Of a DNA stretch of 64,000 nucleotides, positions 49,345 to 60,620 are shown piece after piece. The translations under genes were made by a program, and so were the position numbers. Below the pieces are notes generated by a model. The model was not told the origin of the DNA and did no database searches. It saw nothing but the letters and a program-made list of their open reading frames with translations. The DNA comes from Leucoraja ocellata (lineage: Eukaryota): the NCBI GenBank assembly GCA_036785375.1, contig JAWMAR010000189.1:3162001-3226000 (forward strand), read 5' to 3'. Every line of letters starts with the position of its first letter. The first letter of the stretch is position 1.

Positions 49345-49650
49345 AGGGGTGACATGGTGGCGCAGCGGTAGAGTTGCTGCCTTAAAGTGCCAGAGACCCA
49401 GGTTCGATTCTGACGATGGGCGCTGTCTGTGAGGAGTTTGCATGTTCTCCCCGTGACCGTGTGGGTTGTCCCCGGGCACTCTGGTTTCCTCCCATGTTCC
49501 AAAGACGTACAGGTTCGTAGGTTAATTGGCTTTGGTAAAATATTGTAAATTGCCCGCAGTGTGTAGAATAATGCTAGTGTGCGGGGTGATGGCTGGTTGG
49601 CCGAAGGGCCTGTTTCCACGCTGTATCTCTCAATGAAACTAAACTAAACT
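49345..49650 (+). mobile_element. HE1-type V-SINE
   Basis: ggtggcgcagcggtagagttgctgcc...aaactaaactaaact. Confidence 0.9.
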
Positions 49651-50299
49651 AATTAGTCCCATCCAAACTCCATTAACTTTCAACTTCATTAGGCCACTCC
49701 ATTGTTTATCTGGATTAAAGAACCCCGATCTGTTCAGTCCTTCATCCTACCTTCTGAGGGAGACAATTCCAAGATGGCGGCTGTTGGGGCAAATGGGGGT
49801 GGCAACGCTGGGTTCCATAAGCATTAATGGAGGTAGTTCTCCTCCGTTGCCCAACAGCAAAGCAAAGCTCATAAATGCAACACAAACTCAACATTTCTCT
49901 TTTCAGTTAGATCACAGCAGAAAAACGGGTTAACTTTAGACCGTGGCTCTTTATTCCTGTTAAAAATGGTTGCGTGACACGATGCATTCTGAAGCAATTA
50001 ATCCTGATATTTTTCTTTTCAAATCGTTGCCAAGAAAAAGACTACGCGAAGCCAAGTTTTATACACGCTGCCAGTTCACCACAGGTCAATCAAACTGCAA
50101 GGGTACTTCGTTAACTGATGACAAGTAGGTTATAAACTTCAGCTGGGTCTCTGGCCTTCACAGAGAGGAGCAGAAAATATTATTGGCCCAGCAAACATCA
50201 CGCCAAGATTACTTGGCACATACGCCATGTTTAAAAGTCTCCAGGACAAACTAAACATTCCATAGAACTAGGCTGCCTGTTTGTCTAGTATCAAGTTCA

Positions 50300-50972
50300 G
50301 ACTTTGTTTTTTGTGTGTACGAATGTGTGTGTGGATATTCCTGCTATAAATGATTCAGGACATGATGTATTCTGAAACAATTCATCTGGGAAGATTTTGA
50401 TATATATGATTTATATATTTGATATTTTTCTTTTTTCTTTTTTTCTCTCTTTTTTGTATAGCTTTGCAAATATTTAATTAGTGTATAAATGTAAATAATT
50501 TGGTGTACATATAGCTGCTGGTGTACATATGGTGTACATATAGCTGTTGGTGTACATATGGTGTACATATAGCTGTTGGTGTACATATGGTGTACATATA
50601 GCTGTTGGTGTACATATGGTGTACATATAGCTGTTGGTGTACATATGGTGTACATATAGCTGTTGGTGTACATATGGTGTACATATAGCTGTTGGTGTAC
50701 ATATGGTGTACATATAACTGCTGGTGTACATATGATGTACGTATAGCTGCTACATTTGTATAAGCTAATTACAAGCAGTTAAATAAGGGGTGGGAATTAA
50801 TAAGCTTTGGCTTCTTCCTGCTCCTTTTCGGACACATACAATTTCATTTATTTATAGATTTTGTTTATGACACTTTATAAATATACTTGTTTTGTTTTTT
50901 GGATGCTGTTTCACACTTGCTTTTTATTATTTTATTCTGTTTGAAATAAAGAATCAAATAAATAAATAAATA
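50300..50972 (+). mobile_element. Crack/Daphne-like LINE 3'UTR carrying a minisatellite
   Basis: aaggggtgggaattaataagctttggcttcttcctgctccttttcggac...gaaataaa..(aaat)n; family assignment is from memory. Confidence 0.5.
50502..50748. repeat. Minisatellite, 29-bp unit GGTGTACATATAGCTGTTGGTGTACATAT (about 8 units)
   Basis: visible tandem array. Confidence 0.95.
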
Positions 50973-52764
50973 GACAGATAAATAAATACATATATATATG
51001 TATATAAATCATATATATCAAAATCTTCCCGGAATACATAAATTATATATATATCAAAACCTATGTATATGTATTTGTGAGTATGCGTATATATATACAC
51101 ACACACGGAACTATTTTTCACTGTAATTTATCTTATTCTTACAGTGTACTATGTTTACATATTCTGTTGTGCTGCTGCAAGTAAGAATTTCATTGGTCTA
51201 TTTGGGCCACATGAGAATAAAACACCCTGGACTCTTGTTTCTCTCTGACTGGAATCAAGAACTGATTGGTTTGGTTCAGGCCAGCAGGGATTAAATGCCA
51301 GATTTCACCTCCAATCTGCACCACAAGGCTAGTGTTGCAACATCAACAAGTTCAAAGTGACATCGAACGGCAATAATCTCGTTGTTGGGGGCCTGACAAG
51401 GACCGCACCACTTGTTTCCACACAGGCGGCCATTTGGCCCGTTGTGTCCATACTGGCTCCCAGCAGGGCATTCCCATTAGTCCCGTCCCCGCTGCCTCTC
51501 CTTTCCTTGCACCCCCTCCAACTTCTCTTGCACATGCCTCTCTGATTCTGTTGACACCTTTCGACTTTAAAGACTCAGCACGGAAACAGGCCCTTCGGCC
51601 CACTGAGTCTGTGCCGACCTGCAATCACCCTATACATTAGCACTGACCTACACAATTTACAATTTTACTGAAGTCAATTAACCTACAAACCAGTACCCCT
51701 TTGTAGTGTCAAAGGAAACCGGAGCACCCGGAGAAAACCCAGATACACAGAAAGAGTCCAAGTTACGGAGATTCCATAAATGTTCTTCTGTGTTCCACTT
51801 GAGGCTTAGAAGAACCGAGTCAGAGATGAAATGATGACCGCCACTAAGGTGCAGAAGGAAATTTTCTCGGGGGACTCAGACCTCATGGTGTTGGAGTCTA
51901 CAGCGTGGAGGCTGTGGGCCTGGTGCAGAGCCTGGACCTCAGGTGAGGTGACGCTGCTGGGCTTTTGGTTGGAAGAAAGGTCTCGACCCGAAACGTCACC
52001 TATTCCTTTTCTCCAGAGATGCTGTCTGACCCGCTGAGTTACTCCAGCGATTTGTGTCTATCCCAGATTCTCAAAGTCCCTTAATATCGAATGATTTTTC
52101 ATGTTACTCCAGCTTGTTGTGTCCATCTGCTGCCACTAAGGAGACCAGCTCAAACGGTCATTGCCTTCAAGGGTAAAATTTAAAAAAACTGCACATGTGA
52201 AATATGACTAACATTGTTCCTTTCGACCACAAAACGAATAACAGATTCCACAAGGGAAGCACAATACAATTTATGTTCCTGTTTCGGGTCTGGTCAGATG
52301 CTCTAACTGAATTTTACACCAATTCCAGAAGATGCATGGCGGAGAGTGCAGGCCACTTAAGCCCTGAGGCCATCAAGTAAATGCAATTACATCCATTGTC
52401 TGAACTCATCCCCTCTCTTAACTGGATTTGCCTCCACTCTGCTGTTATGTCAGAAGACACACAAACAGATCAAAACTAATTCATAAGCATGTTTTATCAA
52501 GCCTCCTGGCCTTTCCAAAATACAAATGCTTTTTTTTTTAAGCAGGAGTGGTGAGCCCAACTTTCTGCTACAGCAGTATTGACGCAAGGTAGATTGAAAT
52601 TAGAATGCATGGGAACTGACAACAAGCCATTAACTCCTTCAGGGTACAGGAACAAGTCGTGAAGCTCATTCTTACCCTTTCTCCTGATACTGAGATAAGC
52701 ATGCTTCTTGTCAGTGTTATGTTCAGCTCTCTCTCAATCCAATGAAAACATGCAAAAACATGCA

Positions 52765-53095
52765 AGTAACCCTTGCATCCCCACTTTCCATCCCTCCCTC
52801 ACCCGTCGTACCAGCTTCAAAGTCATCTTGTTGAGTCTCATTGTTTGTAACTCATTCTCACCTAGCACACAGCTAACAACGGCCTGTCTTCTTTAACATC
52901 ATTACTTTTTTGCATATCTTTCATTCATTCATTCGTTCTATCTCTCTCTCTCTCTCTACATCACCGTCTATATCACTTCTTTCCCTTTCCCCTGACTCTT
53001 AGTCTGAAGAAGGGTCACGACCCGAAACGTCACCTATTCCTTTTCTCCTGACTTTAAATCTTTGGTTTAAACCAGCATCTGCTGTTCCTTCCTAC
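52765..53095 (+). mobile_element. Penelope-like 3'UTR with intact hammerhead core (53004-53031)
   Basis: ctgaagaagggtcacgacccgaaacgtc. Confidence 0.85.
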
Positions 53096-53347
53096 ACAAA
53101 GACATAGCATTTTTGAGATCAAGAGCTGAAGGCAATGCAACCAAAATTCTCCATGATGCGCTACCGGGATAATAATTCCCGTGATCCACCACAATACCGC
53201 TGAATCACACGCGGCCATGCGTTACACACGGCCGTAGGTTTTATTTCCCACTGTACTTTTTGATGACACATTTCATCACAGATCCCGGGTGATTATGGCA
53301 AAATGAGCTGATAGCAAATATGTCCATTTAAAAGAAATAATGAAACA

Positions 53348-53720
53348 GTAGCACAGTGGTGCAGCGGTAGAGTTGCTGCCTTACAGCGCCAGAGACCTGG
53401 GTTCAATCCTGACTACGGGTGCTGCCTGTACAGATTTTGTACATTCTCACCGTGACTTGCGTGGGTTTTCCCAGCTGCTCCAGTTTCTTCCCATACTTCT
53501 AAGATGTACAAGTTTGTAGGTTAATTGGCTTGGTATAATTGTAAGTTGTCCCTAGAGTGTGTGGGATAGTGTTAGTGTGCGGGGATCGCTGGTTAGTGTG
53601 GACTCGGTGGGCCGAAGGGCCTGTTTCCATGCTGTATCTCTGAACAAAACTAATCTCAACTAACTAAACTCAACTCAACATAGCCCAACCCATACCAACC
53701 CAATCCAACCCAACCCAACA
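53348..53720 (+). mobile_element. HE1 SINE with degenerate (CCAAC)n tail
   Basis: A/B boxes and gggccgaagggcctgtttccatgctgtatctc. Confidence 0.88.
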
Positions 53721-54206
53721 TCCGCACCAATGTATCATCTCCGACCCTGTGCACTCTTAGCTGGTGCAGAGGGAAGCTTCACCAAGGTTTTAGTATGGGT
53801 GGCATTACTCACTGTCAGTGAAGAACCAGCTGAACTCGGCTCAGAGCCACGGAGAAACTTGAATTCACAGCATTGACCAGAATCAGAGTGTCGCTGGAAA
53901 AGGAGTTGGGAGATGGGGAGCTGGGAGGGATTACAGAAGTGATGGAGATGGAAATATCTATGTGCAAGGTTCTGATGAAGAGGGACTTAGTGTGAAAGGA
54001 CCTTTAAATTTACTTGAGCTGAAAAGCAAGCCTGTTCATGCACAGTTTATGAATTAGTGATGAACAAAAGGCCTCCACCCGTTCCTTGGTGATGATTGTT
54101 TTGAGATTAAATGGACTTATCCAACTTTGTCATCCTCATTCCATGGGCGTGACTTGTTAAATGGCAACATAGAATTTAAATGCAGACCGCATGCAGATGC
54201 ATGTCC

Positions 54207-54848
54207 CGCACACACGCATACACATGCATGCATGCACACGCACACATACATGCACACACAGATGCATGCGCGCACACATACATGCACACATACATACATG
54301 CACGCACACACATGCACGCAAGCACATGCATGAATGCAAGCACACACCTGCACACATGCATGCAGGCGCACATACATACATGCACACACACATACATGCA
54401 CGCACACACATGCACGCAAGCACATGCATGAATGCAAGCACACACATGCACGCAAGCACATGCATGAATGCAAGCACACACCTGCACACATGCATGCAGG
54501 CGCACATACATACATGCACACACACATACATGCACGCACACACATGCACGCAAGCACATGCATGAATGCAAGCACACACCTGCACACATGCATGCAGGCG
54601 CATACATACATGCACACACACATACATGCACGCACACACATGCACGCAAGCACATGCATGAATGCAAGCACACACATGCACGCAAGCACATGCATGAATG
54701 CAAGCACACACCTGCACACATGCATGCAGGCGCACATACATACATGCACACACACATACATGCACGCACACACATGCACGCAAGCACATGCATGAATGCA
54801 AGCACACACATGCACACATGCATGCAGGCGCACACACAATACATGCAC
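54207..54848. repeat. Compound CA/TGCA minisatellite with higher-order structure
   Basis: 36-bp and 62-bp units in the order A B A A B A B A A B A. Confidence 0.92.
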
Positions 54849-55184
54849 CCACTCTCTTAATGAAATTACAAACAAATGCATACAGCTCGTCTATTGAGCG
54901 TTCTTGTAATTATATTTTGCACTCTAGTTATTCAATGAACTGACTAATCAACTGTAAAAATCAATACACTAAATGGCACTATCCGGCATCATAAGCTTTT
55001 CAGAACTGGCCATTTCCCACACAGTCTCGACAGACCCGCACACAAAGGACCACAGCCAGGCTCGAACCTGCGGTCTCATCAGCCTGTGACCTCTTCACTT
55101 CGCCCAGGCACATACAGAGCAGAGTGTTCTGCACCACCCTCTCTCGCTGCTCCCCCTCTGTGAGTCCTCCTGCTCTCCCACTAC

Positions 55185-55872
55185 CTTTGTTGCAAATCTT
55201 TCATTCATATAATCTGTATCTCTCTACATCATCGTCTATATCTTTTGTTTCCCTTTCCCCTGACTCTTAGTCTGAAGAAGGGTCTCGACCCGAAACGTCA
55301 CCCATTCCTTTTCTTCAGAGATGCTGACTGACCCGTTGAGTTACTCCAGCTTCTTGGGTACCTGCAGTTTTCTCTGATACGTTTGTTCCACATACCAACT
55401 AGCCTCTGTGTGGAAAATATTGCCCTGCAGGTCCCTTTTAAACTTTCCCCTTCTCACCTTAAATCTTCACCCTCTAGTTTTTATTGCCACAGTTCCATTA
55501 TGTTCTGACCACAGGAGGCAACGTGTTTACCCCAAGCCACCGAATTAAGCCACATTTATTAAGACGGAGGCACAAGGGACTGCAGATGCTGCAATCTTGA
55601 GCACAAAGCAAACAGCTGGAAGGGACACAAAGTGCTGGAGTAACTCAGCGGGTCAGGCAGAATCTCCGGAGAACAGGGATAGGTGGCGTTTCTGGTTGGG
55701 ACGTTTCTTCGGACTGATTGAGGGGAGGGGGAGTGGAGAAAGCTAGAAGAGTGGTGAGGGCAGGGCAAATCCCAGCAAGTGATAGGTGGATACAGTCGAG
55801 GGGAGGAGGGGTTGGACAGGTAGATAGTTGGACAAAGTCTAGAGATGAGGAGAGAAAAAGTGCGAGGTAAGG
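55185..55872. mobile_element. Two Penelope 3' ends in inverted orientation (55185-55370 plus, 55570-55872 minus)
   Basis: intact core at 55272-55299. Confidence 0.8.
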
Positions 55873-56200
55873 ATAGAAACATAGAAACAGAAAATAGGTG
55901 CAGGAGTAGGCCATTCGGCCCTTCCCTGCCTTCGCTCCATACCCCCTGGTCCCTTTAGCCACAAGGGCCACATCTAACTCCCTCTTAAATATAGCCAATG
56001 AACTGGCCTCAACTACCTTCTGTGGCAGAGAATTCCACAGATTCACCACTCTCTGTGTAAAAAATTATTTTCTCATCTCGGTCCTAAAAGACTTCCCTCT
56101 TATCTTTAAACTGTGACCCCTAGTTCTGGACTTCCCCAACATCGGGAATAATCTTCCTGCATCTAGCCTGTCCAACCCCTTAAGAATTTTGTAAGTTTCT
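55873..56200 (-). mobile_element. CR1 3' end
   Basis: VVNLWNSLPQKVVEASSLAIFKRELDVALVAKG. Confidence 0.92.
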
Positions 56201-56466
56201 AGATGATCCCACCTTGATAGAAGAGGCAGATGGGATGGGACATGTTGGTCAGTGAGGGAAAGTTGGGCCGGATAGAGTCCACGCTGTCGGACTCTATCAC
56301 TCTACGAGGTGCGAACTGCTGGAGAAACTCAATTTGAAGATGGATCTCGACCCAAAATGTTGGCTGATGGTTTCCCTCCACAGATGCTGCCTGACCAGTC
56401 ATGTTCCATCAGTACTTTGTTTTATAGGCATTAATTAACATGGGCATGAGTGGATCGAGCAGCACA

Positions 56467-56948
56467 TAGTGGGAGAGTCTAGGACTAGAGGTCACAGCCT
56501 CAGAATTAAAGGATGTCCTTTTAGGAAGGAGATGAGGAGGAATTTTTTTACTCAAAGAGGTGGTAAATCTGTGAAATTCTTTGCCACGGAAGGCAGTGGA
56601 GGCCATGTCAGTGCGGTTCCCGGAGGTTGCAGGTGGTTGCCGGAGGTTGCAGGTAGTGGAAGCAGGTGGGGAGACTGACAAAAACCTCTGGGAACCTCCG
56701 GGAACCGCACGGAAACCTTGGGCGGGGCGCAAAGTCTCCAGAGGTTTCCGTTCAGATTTCTTAAGTGGGACAGGGGCATAAGGCAGCGATAGTTAGACTC
56801 TTGATTAGTACGGGTGTCAGAGGTTATGAGGAGAAGGCAAGAGACTGGGGTTGGGAGGGAGAGATAGATCAGCCATGATTGAATGGTGGACTAGATTTGA
56901 TGGGGGCCGAATGGCCTCATTCTACTCCTATCACTTATGACCTTATGA
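56467..56948 (+). mobile_element. CR1 3' end with a left-deleted Harbinger MITE (56611-56778)
   Basis: GESRTRGHSLRIKG; right TIR ...gggacaggggca|TAA. Confidence 0.88.
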
Positions 56949-57584
56949 ATGAGTCCCCACTCCCCTCCTCAACCATTGCCCCAATACTTCCCCCCTTCAG
57001 CTGATCCAGTCTGACCTTTCCTCACAATGTTTCGCACCATGTTTGAAAAACTAAGATCCAAGATAGCATCGGCATATTGAATTAAAAGGTTAGACCGCGC
57101 TGTTGGACTTTGTATGAAATCGGCCTGTCGTACAGATCTCCCTCTCCGCTTCATAAAAAAAAAAAGCAGATTTAAGACTAAAACTAAGATTTTCGAAAGC
57201 ACATAATCCCAGCAGATAAGGGCAGCTACTGTACATGGGGAAACTGAGATGAGAAATCTTATTAATTTACCTGCAGTGCAGTCCCTCACCGACCTGCCGG
57301 CTAACCTTGATGTTCTTAACATTTGCTTGAGCAAGATCCAATATTATCGTGCGTGCAGTGTTATGTGGTCTGTGCACAGAGTCTGTTTGGAGATATTATA
57401 AATCCCAAACCCCTGCCCATCATAGTTCAACCAACAAATATGTGGAGAAATTTCACACCTAAGATGCTGCCAAACTATAACCAGACTGTTCGGCACCTGA
57501 GGGAGACCATTCGGCCCATCGTTCCACTCTCTGTATTTTTTATTCATTCTGGACCAACACGTTACATTTTTCATTCTCTTTCAG

Positions 57585-57865
57585 GACGGCACGGTGGCTC
57601 AACAGTAGAGTTGCTGCCTCACCGCACCAGAGACTCAGGTACGATCCTGACTACGGGTGCTGTCTGTACGGAGTTTGTACGTTCGCCTTGTGACTGTGTG
57701 GGTTTTCTCCGGGTGCTCCAGTTTCCTCTCACGCTCCTAAAACGTGCAGGTCTGGCTTTGATTAAATAAGAATTGTAAATTATCTATAGTAGGATAGTGC
57801 TAGTAATTGTTGGTCGGCGCGGACTCGGTGGGCCGAAGGGCCTGTTTCCAGCCTGTATCTCTAAA
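57585..57865 (+). mobile_element. HE1-type V-SINE
   Basis: ggcacggtggctcaacagtagag...ctgtatctctaaa. Confidence 0.88.
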
Positions 57866-58311
57866 GTTTTGTAAGTTAATGCTTCAACTCGGAAGATGAG
57901 GAGGTTCTTCTGAGATATTTACAGGACAATCCACTCAGGAAGATGATCCAGGTGACCACTATCACAGCACCCAACTGATGCTTAAATGATTCCATCCTCA
58001 GGAATAGATTGGTGAAACTTGGAATGAACCTGCCATAATCATATTGAATGGTCGGACATGCTTCAGAACCAGGGCCAGAGGTTTACTTTTCAGTAAGGAT
58101 TTGCCATTCACATTGAAACCTTTGGCTCAGGGTGTCAAAGGTTACAGGGAGCGGGCAGGAGAATGGGGGTGAGGGGGGAAAAATAGATCAGCCATGTTTG
58201 AATGGCAGAGGACTCGATGGGCTAAAAGGCGTAATCTGCCCCTATGTCTTATCATCTTAATTTTTCTCAGTAAAATGCAACCTGCAAGAGTTAAGCAATT
58301 GATACGTTGTG

Positions 58312-58658
58312 TAGAAACATAGAAACATAGAAAATAGGTGCAGGACGAGGCCATTCGGCCCTTCGAGCCAGCACCGCCATTCATTGTGATCATGGCTGAT
58401 CGTCCCCTATCAATAACCCGTGCCTGCCTTCTCCCCATATCCCTTGACTGCAGTAGCCCCTAGAGCTCTATCTAACTCTCTCTTAAATCCATCGGGTGAC
58501 TTGGCCTCCACTACCCTCTGTGGCAGGGAATTCCATAAATTCACAACTCTCTGGGTGAAAAAGTTTTTTCTCACCTCACTTTTAAATGACTTCCCCTTTA
58601 TTCTAAAATAGTGGCCCCTGGTTCTGGACTCACCCAACATTGGGAAGATTTTTCCTGC
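58312..58658 (-). mobile_element. CR1 3' end
   Basis: LGESRTRGHYFRIKGKSFKSEVRKNFFTQRVVNLWNSLP. Confidence 0.92.
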
Positions 58659-58715
58659 AAGGAAGCTTTGGATAGCTATGTTGACAAAATTATTCCTTGA
58701 TCAGGGGCTACATCC

Positions 58716-59365
58716 ACCGGGTGGCGCCGTCAGCGATGGTCTGTCTGTCTTTTCGTCTTTTTTTGTTATTTTTAATGTGTTTAAAACGTTTGTGTTAATG
58801 TTCTCTGGTTTGTTTAATGTGGGGGTGGGGGAGGGGTTCTGGGGAAACATTTTTTCAGTCTCTTACCTTGCCAGAGATGCAATTGTTTTCCGGATCGTAT
58901 CTCCGGTCGCTCTGCGGCCTAACATCATGGTGCTGGCGGCCTTGCTCAAGACTGACTTTGAGCCCCACCGCGGGGCCATGGACTTACCATCAGAGCCTGC
59001 GATCCATCGCCTGGGATCGACGCTCCAACGGCAGTCTACGAATTCCAACATCGAGGAGCTCGCAGTCTCGGGTAGAGACTGATGTCGGAACGCTCGAAAG
59101 TTGCAAGAGGTTCGACCAGCCCTGACCCGGGGACCGATCGCCCAGCGTGGAGGAGCTAAGATCCCCCCCCCATGCGGGAGTTTGATCGGCCCAATTTTTT
59201 CGCCTTCCATCTCAGTGAGAAATGTGGAGGAGTCACTGTGGTGGATGTTTATGTTAAAATGTATTTTGTGTGTCTTGTTGCTTTTTATTGGTATGACTGT
59301 ACGGCAAATCAAATTCCTCGTAAGTTGCAAAATATACTTGGCTAATAAAGTATGATTATGATTAT
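58716..59365 (+). mobile_element. Non-autonomous retroelement, apparently full length
   Basis: GC-rich body; 3' end ggcaaatcaaattcctcgta..cttggctaataaa plus (tgatta)n tail resembling Rex/RTE-type ends. Confidence 0.6.
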
Positions 59366-59527
59366 AATTATTTATGATTATAATATTGTGTATTGTCACT
59401 AGCGACACAAGCCTAACCTCATTATTACAATGTGCCCGATGTAAGGAGAAGATGGGGCTTTGGTTGAAAGTCAGAGCTGAAACACGACCTCTGAGCAAAA
59501 TCATGTGTATCAATTACCTACATTAAT

Positions 59528-59842
59528 TTTAGTTTAGTTTAGTTGACTTTACTTTAGTTTAGTTTAGATATACAGCGCGGAAACAGACCCACCGAGTCCA
59601 CGCCGACCAGCGATCCCCGCACTTTAACATTATCCTACACACACAAGGGACAATTTACATTTATACCAAGCCATTTAACCTACAAACCTACACATCTTTG
59701 GAGTGTGGAAGGAAACCAGAGCACCCGGAGAAAACCCACGCAGGTCACGGGGAGAACGTGCAAACTCTGCACAGACAGCACCGGTTATCGGGCCTCTGGC
59801 ACTGTAAGGCAGCAACTCTACCGCTGCACCACCGTGCCACCC
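59528..59842 (-). mobile_element. HE1-type V-SINE
   Basis: (tttag)n tail ... ctaccgctgcaccaccgtgccaccc. Confidence 0.9.
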
Positions 59843-60009
59843 ATAATTAGTCTCTAACCAGCGCCCTGGTTACTTTTGCTGAACTAGGCCACAATTCAGA
59901 GAAACAGTCGGATGCCAGATGAAACTCATCCAATTCCATCTTGTCGCCAGCCAGGAGTCTATTAATTCATCAAGGTGGGTGGATGTGTGGTGGGGAAGGA
60001 TGTAGGTCG

Positions 60010-60620
60010 GTTAGAAAAGAAGAGGGGGGAAGAGAGACAGCAGGGGAGTGATAGTGAGGGGGAGAGGTGGAGGGAGAGAGTGAGGGAGGAAGGGACGGAG
60101 AGGAAGAAGTACAGAGACAAGAAGATGGGGAGAGAGATAGAAAGAGGAAGGGGACTAGAGGAGGAGAGGGGGATGGAGAGGAGTGAGAGAGGGGCAGAGA
60201 GTGGGGCAGAGTGAGAGGCAGAGAGAGGCAGAGAGAGGGGGAGACAGAGGGGGAGACAGAGGGGGAGACGGGGAGAGAGCGGGGGAGACAGAGGGGGAGA
60301 CAGAGGGGGAGATAGAGGGGGAGAGACAGATGCGGGAGAGAGCGGGGGAGACAGAGGGGGAGACAGAGGGGGAGATAGAGGGGGAGAGACAGATGCGGGA
60401 GAGGGGGGGAGAGGGGGGGAGAAGGGGAGGGAGAGGGGGAGTGGGAGGGGGAGAGAGAGAAGGGGAGGGGGAGAGAGGGGGGGAAAGGGTAAGAGTCAAA
60501 ACGGGACTGAGATGGGCTATAGAGAGGGATAGGGTGGGAAGAGAGGACAGAAAATGAACAGGGAAGAGGGAGATAGTGGGAGAGGGAAAGGAAGTTGAAG
60601 GAGAGAGGAGAGAGAGAGAT
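60010..60620 (+). repeat. Polypurine tract with an internal 63-bp duplication
   Basis: GA-rich; gggagagagcggggg...acagatgc occurs twice. Confidence 0.9.

Noticed and set aside
50502-50748. CRISPR-like 29-bp repeats
   Set aside because: Head-to-tail units with no unique spacers; eukaryotic context; no cas genes
54117-54943. Many overlapping Cys/His/Met-rich ORFs
   Set aside because: Translations of the CA/TGCA satellite in all frames
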